DNA of 58,228 bases. It comes from Paraglomus brasilianum. Lineage: Eukaryota. Shown here in pieces: positions 52,385 through 58,228 of this stretch. The notes under the pieces are model-generated. The model was not told where the DNA came from and ran no database searches. It saw nothing but the letters and a program-made list of their open reading frames with translations. Position numbers and translations under genes: made by a program. The stretch is taken from positions 1 through 58,228 of the forward strand of contig CAJVPI010000085.1 of assembly GCA_910592345.1 (NCBI GenBank), read 5' to 3'. Every line of letters begins with the position of its first letter. Position 1 is the stretch's first letter.

Positions 52385-55300
52385 ATGGATAGTCGATGTT
52401 CAGAGCTAGCGGACGACACCTGGGTATGACATATAAAACTACATATGTTCGTTGCATGCTTTAACGTTGGGAAAATCATTTATCGGATACTAATATAAAT
52501 GATTATTGTATTAATATTAATTTTATTAGGAAACTGGACATTCCAATACCAAGAACAAAGGGAAAGAGAAGCGGCTTGATAATGGAGAAACTGAAGATGT
52601 GTCTGAGGGGGACCTCATCATCTTTGATGGTGACAGTGACAATAATGATTATAATGAAGATGAAGATTACAAACAAATGTTTCCTGCAAATCTGAGCAAT
52701 GTGGAATTAAATGATCAATTAACTACAACATTAGAGTCAATTGTCAATGGGAATGACAGAGCAGGTCACCTTATCAAATTATCCAACTTGTTACTATTAT
52801 TTGGTACTAAGTTAGAGGATAATCAATTGAGAAATGTTTTGAAAACAATTGGAATTAATGTTGCATATAATGACTATAAAATGTCCACTGGTATTGAATT
52901 GGAATTGCATCTTAGAGCATATATATTAGCTTTAGAAGCATATAGCAGGCAACTTGTTAAGATGGAAAAGGAATTATGTGAAAGTTTGCATGAAAATCTT
53001 GCAAAATTGTATAAGGTTCATCAGCATTACACTGAAATATTACAAAGTACTGTGATTTTATCTGCTGTTTCAGAGAAAAGTGTCAAATACAAAGTTCGAA
53101 ATTACAACACTGATTTCTTACTTATGCATCTTTATGATACTCTTCATGTTATGGATGTTGATAATAACAATAAGACTGCTTGGCTTGAAATTATAAACCA
53201 GCTGAAGGCTCTGTTTGCTGCACTCATTGAGGCTTTACCTGGTATGACTGGTATTATGACAACTGTAGAAACCCCAATTGATAACAGAGCTGCTATAGAA
53301 ATCTATAACAACATTCAGAAGAACTTACAATCTAAGTTCTCTGCAGGACATTGGTACAAGGAATGGAGGTATTTATATACTATTTATCAAGCCTTTGTTG
53401 AATGGTCAGCAGCTCCAATTCATAAGAATCTAGTTGTTAAAGGTGAATTGATGCTTATTAAGGATCTATGGAGATTTGGTGACCAAGAATGGAATAAAGC
53501 AGTTTCAGCAAAGTCAGAAGTAGATGGATATAAATCTAAAGTAAAAAATACATCAGATTACATTTCTATTTCGGAATCAAATCCATACTCCTTATTGTTT
53601 GGTATACTGGACATTGCTCAAAATCTGATAATATCTACAAGAAATGTTAGCACCTTGGCTCATTGTTACTACCTTGCAAAACTATCTCTGGACATAGTGA
53701 AAACATAATTTATTCAATTTAAAGCAATGGAAGTTCTAATGACACTCTATAAACAAGATCCAATCACTTTTGCTGTTGTGCAACTTGATCTAGATCAACA
53801 TGTTGAAAATTTTTTAACTCTGGACCAAGATAAAAGAAAGTTTCAAGACATGAAAGAATACATTGATAAAAAGTATACATATATTCATCAGGCAAGTAGC
53901 AGAACAAGTATTAAAAAGCCAGTCTCAAAACAGCAACCAGATCAGAAACTGGAAGAACTTCTTAATTCAAATCCAAATGATTTGTTGATTTTAGATATGA
54001 TTGCAGAACATCTTACATGTCCATTTACACAAGAAGTTACAGATGATTTTAGAATACTTCCATGCAAACACAAAATCAGCTATTTGGCATTAGAGACATT
54101 TATGAAGATGAACTATCATGAACTGAAATGCTTTTATTGTAGACAAGAGTTACAGCTGGAACTTACTGAGAAAATACCAAGATCACCAATTTACAAAGCA
54201 TTGTATGAGAAGTTTGTCAGAGCTGGACATATCACACCAGAAAACAAAGACAAAGCAAGAGATTTTACAACAATTATGGAGAGTAAGAATGATGATAGTG
54301 ATGTTGAGGAAACTTCTATTATTAAGTCAAAGTTTTTATATTTGCTTAGAATGAAACCAAAGAGAACAATTCTAAGAAGAATGAGGAGACCAAAAAGCCT
54401 ACATCCTATATACAAGCAAGGCAAGAAAGCCCTTGATGAAAAAAGATATGAAGAAGCAATATTATTGTTAGAAAGAGCACTTGTTCATTATCCTAACAGT
54501 GCAACTATTCAAATAAATCTTGCTATTGCACATATGGAAATTTTAAACTATAAAAAGTGTTATGAGTACATAACTCAAGCCATAAAAAATAAACCAAACA
54601 ATTCCACAGCATGGGCATGGCGTGGAAAGTATCATGCACAGCAATCAGAGTACAAACAAGCTCTTCAAGATCTCAAACAATCATTGATGATTAGTGCAAG
54701 TGATCCACTTGCATTAGAAACCAGAGGAAATGTTTATTACATTCTTAATCAGTATGAGCTGGCTTTGAATGATTGCAACCAATTATTAGAGCTTGAGCCA
54801 AATAACATATGTGCACTGAGAATAAGAGGGAAAATGTGTTCTATGTTTAATGAGTTTAACAATTCATTAAAAGATTTTAATAAATTATTGGAGATGGAGC
54901 CAAATGACACAAGCACACTGATTGCAAGGGCTGCTGTCCATGTTAATCTTTGCCAGTACAAGGATGCCTTAACTGATCTCAACAAACTGCTACAACATAA
55001 ACCAATTGATATACTAACACAGCATCTAAGAGGATATATCTATCTCATGCTTGAGGAATATAATGATGCATTAGCTGATCTTGATAAATCATTAGGAATT
55101 GATCCAAGTATTACACTTGCTATTACATTGAATGAAAAGGAAAATATCAGTCTTAATATTAAGTATGGCAATGCATTGAATAATTTGAATAAACTTTTAG
55201 ACACTGGACCAGATAATGCACTTGTATTACAAGTGAGAGGAAAGATTTATTATTTGCTCCGACAATATAAAAATGCATTGAATGATATCAACAGGTTAAT

Positions 55301-55915
55301 AGCAATTCAACCAGGAAACAATGTACATACATTGATTATAAGAGCAGCTATCTATTTTGATCTTTGCCAATACAACAAAGCACTGGATGACATTAATAAA
55401 TTTTTAAATATTAAACCAAATACAACTCTTTCCAGGCAGTTATCATCTTTGTTTGATCAATTGGAAGCACAAATACAACCCTATCAAAATCAGCATCTAC
55501 TATTAGATTTTAGAGGGTATCAAATTGGAAATACTGGAGCCATAATTTTAGCCAAAATTTTGAAATTAAAGTCCTCTCTGACTTTTTTGGATCTTTGGTA
55601 TAATCAAATTGGAAGTACAGGAGCAACAGCTTTGGCAAAGGCTCTAGAATCAAATTCCTCTCTGACTTCTTTGGATCTTATTGGTAATCAAATTGGAGAT
55701 ACAGGAGCAACAGCTTTAGCAAAGGCTCTAGAATCAAATTCCTCTCTAACTTCTTTAGATCTTTCTCACAATCAAATTGGCAAGAGCAACAGCTTTGGCA
55801 AATACAAAGGCTCTAGTAATATAATCAAACTCCTCCCTGACTCTTGAATCTTCAGTATTAATATTAGTATAACCAAATTGGATCAGGAACAACAGCTTTG
55901 GCCAAGGTTCTTGAT
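52385..55915 (+). pseudogene. RING/U-box-like + TPR array + RI-like LRR gene with an in-frame TAA and a frameshifted LRR tail (probable young pseudogene)
   Basis: Exon 1 is 52385-52423 (MDSRCSELADDTW), then a GT-AG intron to 52529. ORFs 52599-53708 and 53727-55847 share a frame and are separated by one TAA (KT*FIQFKAMEV). Contains CPFTQE...PCKH...CFYCR, about 9 TPR-like units and 28-aa LRRs that decay after 55780. Confidence 0.8.
55520..55915 (+). repeat. 84-bp tandem repeats encoding 28-aa ribonuclease-inhibitor-like LRRs; distal units degenerate
   Basis: Units start with aatcaaattgg at 55602, 55686 and 55770 (NQIGxTGATALAKALESNSSLTSLDL). The third and later units carry indels. Confidence 0.9.
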
Positions 55916-56159
55916 TTTTAGGATAATATTCTTATTATTATTATCACTGCACACAAACAAGTTAATAGTTAATAATAAATATAATAATAATACAAGAACA
56001 AGGAATTACAAAGTTAATTATAATGTAATAGACACTATGATATAACATATGATTGCAAAGTTATTATTATTGATTTTTGAAATGTAACAAGGTTACACCT
56101 ACATTGTTTTATTTGATCATATTTTGCAGTAACATTAGTATTCAATTGTCTAAGACTTA

Positions 56160-56717
56160 CAGAGGTTTGCAAAAAAAAAAAAATTGGACAAATTAACTTG
56201 CTCATTTCTGCACAACCAGTATTTCAAATGTTGCATGATATATATCATTTGAAAGCTTGAAAGTAGTTTTTATTTATGCATTATTATTGGGAAATTCAAT
56301 TGCCATTATTTTATAGCACTAGCTCACACAGTCTCTTTATTAACTCTACCAAAGTAATTAGAGAGAGTTTCTGGAATAGAACTCCATTTTTTCGTCATAA
56401 AATGCTCCAATAAATCTAGATTTTTGAGTATGCATTTTCTTACATGTCTTTTAACAATGGCCCAAAGATTTGACAAGGTTTAAAGTCTGAACTATTAGCA
56501 AATTAGTATATAATTTCAGGAGCATATTTTTCAAGAAATGCTTGGCAGTCTGACTAGTATGCTTTGAAGTCATTATGAAAAGGGTAACAAGCAATGCTAA
56601 AGTGTAAACATAACAGTTTCAACACACAGTTAATTGTATTCTACATGGTATAAATTGATTTATTTTGGAAAAAATTACACACACAAGATGACAAGGGAAT
56701 TTTTTTGCAAACCCTTG
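56160..56717 (-). mobile_element. Internally deleted Tc1/mariner element with TA flanks
   Basis: TA|cagaggtttgcaaaaaa ... ttttttgcaaacccttg|TA. The minus strand near 56440-56500 holds a broken ANSSD...NLWAIVKRHVRK transposase remnant. Confidence 0.75.
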
Positions 56718-57993
56718 TATTAGTATGTTGCTACAACAATTCAATGTAACACATTAGCATTTTCTTTATTTTATTATATTAAAGTTATCTTATTATTATA
56801 TTATACTATATTTAGCAGATCATATTAATATGTACATATTAATATTAAGTGCTTTGATTTTTCACAGATAAGAAAAAGAAAACTGTCTTATTATAACCAC
56901 ATGCACAGTAGTAATATACAGTGTGTTACAAAAAATTTTTTTGTGCCTGGAATTAACTGTACACAATTTAACCAAAAAATGAAGTAAATCTGTCCTATAA
57001 ATTCTCCATATTAATATGTATATAAATAAATTACATCAAAAACTAAAATTATTTTGAGATTCGAAGAATACAAGTTGCCCTAGTCCATACCTTACAACCG
57101 CAGATAGCCAATACTCCTATCCTGACTTGTGCCTGGTTAAAATTCATGTAAACAAATAAAGAATGCAAAACTCCTGGTTAAAATTCAATTTTCAAAACGA
57201 GAATGTAAGCCTGTTTTAAAAGCTAAAGGAGAGCATATTAGCTTCTTATGTTTAAACGAGCTATTATTTGTATATTGTTATAGAGGTTAATAAAGCTACG
57301 ATAATGATGACATATTTATTTCTGCGTAACTCTGATAGTACAAGAAATCTTAGATCGGAGATGTCACATCGTCCATATTTATCGAAAGTACGTATGACAT
57401 TATTGCTGTTTTCAAAATTCTTTAAGTCAATAACGACCAGCGATTATTGAGTCTTTCCGAAACAACAAACGTGTTTACTTAGCACAATGTCCACATGAGG
57501 GTGATCACGGCGAAGAGATAATATTGCCTCATTGGCTGACTGCATGGGTCATTTTAGAAAGAATCGGATTGAGTATGAAAATAATGTCAGGTTCACCATC
57601 CATCGAACAGAGCCTACACATTTTTTCAGAACGGTTAGTATCAAAGTCACTACCAGTTTCTTAAATAATGTACTCTATATTTTCTTACATATTCAAATTA
57701 TCTACCCCGACAAAGGCAGCTAACAGGTAAAGTGCACGATTCTATTTCGGTATCTTTTTAACTCAACCCATATTGATATACACGTACATGGAAGCATATC
57801 ATACTGTATTAATTAATTTAATTGGAAAACCCTTGAATAAAACTCGTATAACTGTAAATAACCCGTGAATTGTAAGTTTATTCAAAGAGAGTTCGAGTCA
57901 CTAAATCATAAGCAGTGACGATGTTATTAACTTCACTAATAACCAATTTAAATCGTTGTCTTCATATCCGCCAAATCATGGCTCTGTCTCGGT

Positions 57994-58228
57994 TTAGACG
58001 GATCCAGTAGGTAAGAGCGTACTAGAACTAGAATATTTACTCTCCTTCTCGAGACGTAATAAGGGCTTTACATCATTATGATAGATGGTATTCCATGCGT
58101 TGCTGTCAGAATTGTTGTTTTCCACCTCATTCCTAAGCCTGTCAATATCATTCCTAAGTCTCCATCCATTCTCTGGACGCTTATCAGGATCAGCATCACA
58201 ACACCGCTCGGCAAGTTTCTTGTATTCC
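57994..58228 (-). CDS. 3' end of a protein kinase (TKL-like) gene running in from beyond the window
   Basis: The minus strand reads EYKKLAERCCDADPDKRP (subdomain XI)...SKYSSSSTLLPTGSV, with its stop at 57994-57996. Confidence 0.75.
   Translation of the reverse strand, partial: EYKKLAERCCDADPDKRPENGWRLRNDIDRLRNEVENNNSDSNAWNTIYHNDVKPLLRLEKESKYSSSSTLLPTGSV

Noticed and set aside
55602..55850. CRISPR-like regular repeats (also considered for 20222-20354)
   Set aside because: The DNA is eukaryotic, the repeats here are contiguous coding LRR units without unique spacers, the other case has only two copies, and no cas genes are present.
57055..57112. Possible minus-strand tRNA or tRNA-derived SINE (gagattcgaa...agtccatacctta...gcca)
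   Set aside because: No cloverleaf can be built; only a partial T-loop-like word is present.

Overview
This is AT-rich, intron-rich fungal DNA with GT-AG introns of mostly 60-160 nt. The gene-family content points to an early-diverging fungus, most likely Glomeromycotina/Mucoromycota (inference). Conserved genes: NPR2, cysteinyl-tRNA synthetase (two candidate starts), TAH18/NDOR1, CPA1/arg-2, LHS1 and ARO2. A large multi-exon gene at 45.8-50.2 kb resembles the animal SMN-complex subunit GEMIN4. Accessory genes: an MLKL-like four-helix-bundle + pseudokinase + Sel1 gene, two intronless F-box-like genes, two divergent paralogous 3-exon membrane proteins, a CpG-depleted RING/U-box-TPR-LRR gene with an in-frame stop, and a kinase 3' end at the right edge. 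Mobile DNA: a frameshifted DDE integrase with small co-oriented ORFs, several decayed Tc1/mariner elements and three MITEs, one inside an LHS1 intron. Highlights the ORF track misses or leaves unnamed: (1) an intron-split 24-codon arginine attenuator peptide uORF upstream of CPA1; (2) the GEMIN4-like gene; (3) the MLKL-like pseudokinase. All homology calls are by eye from remembered family motifs; no searches were run.
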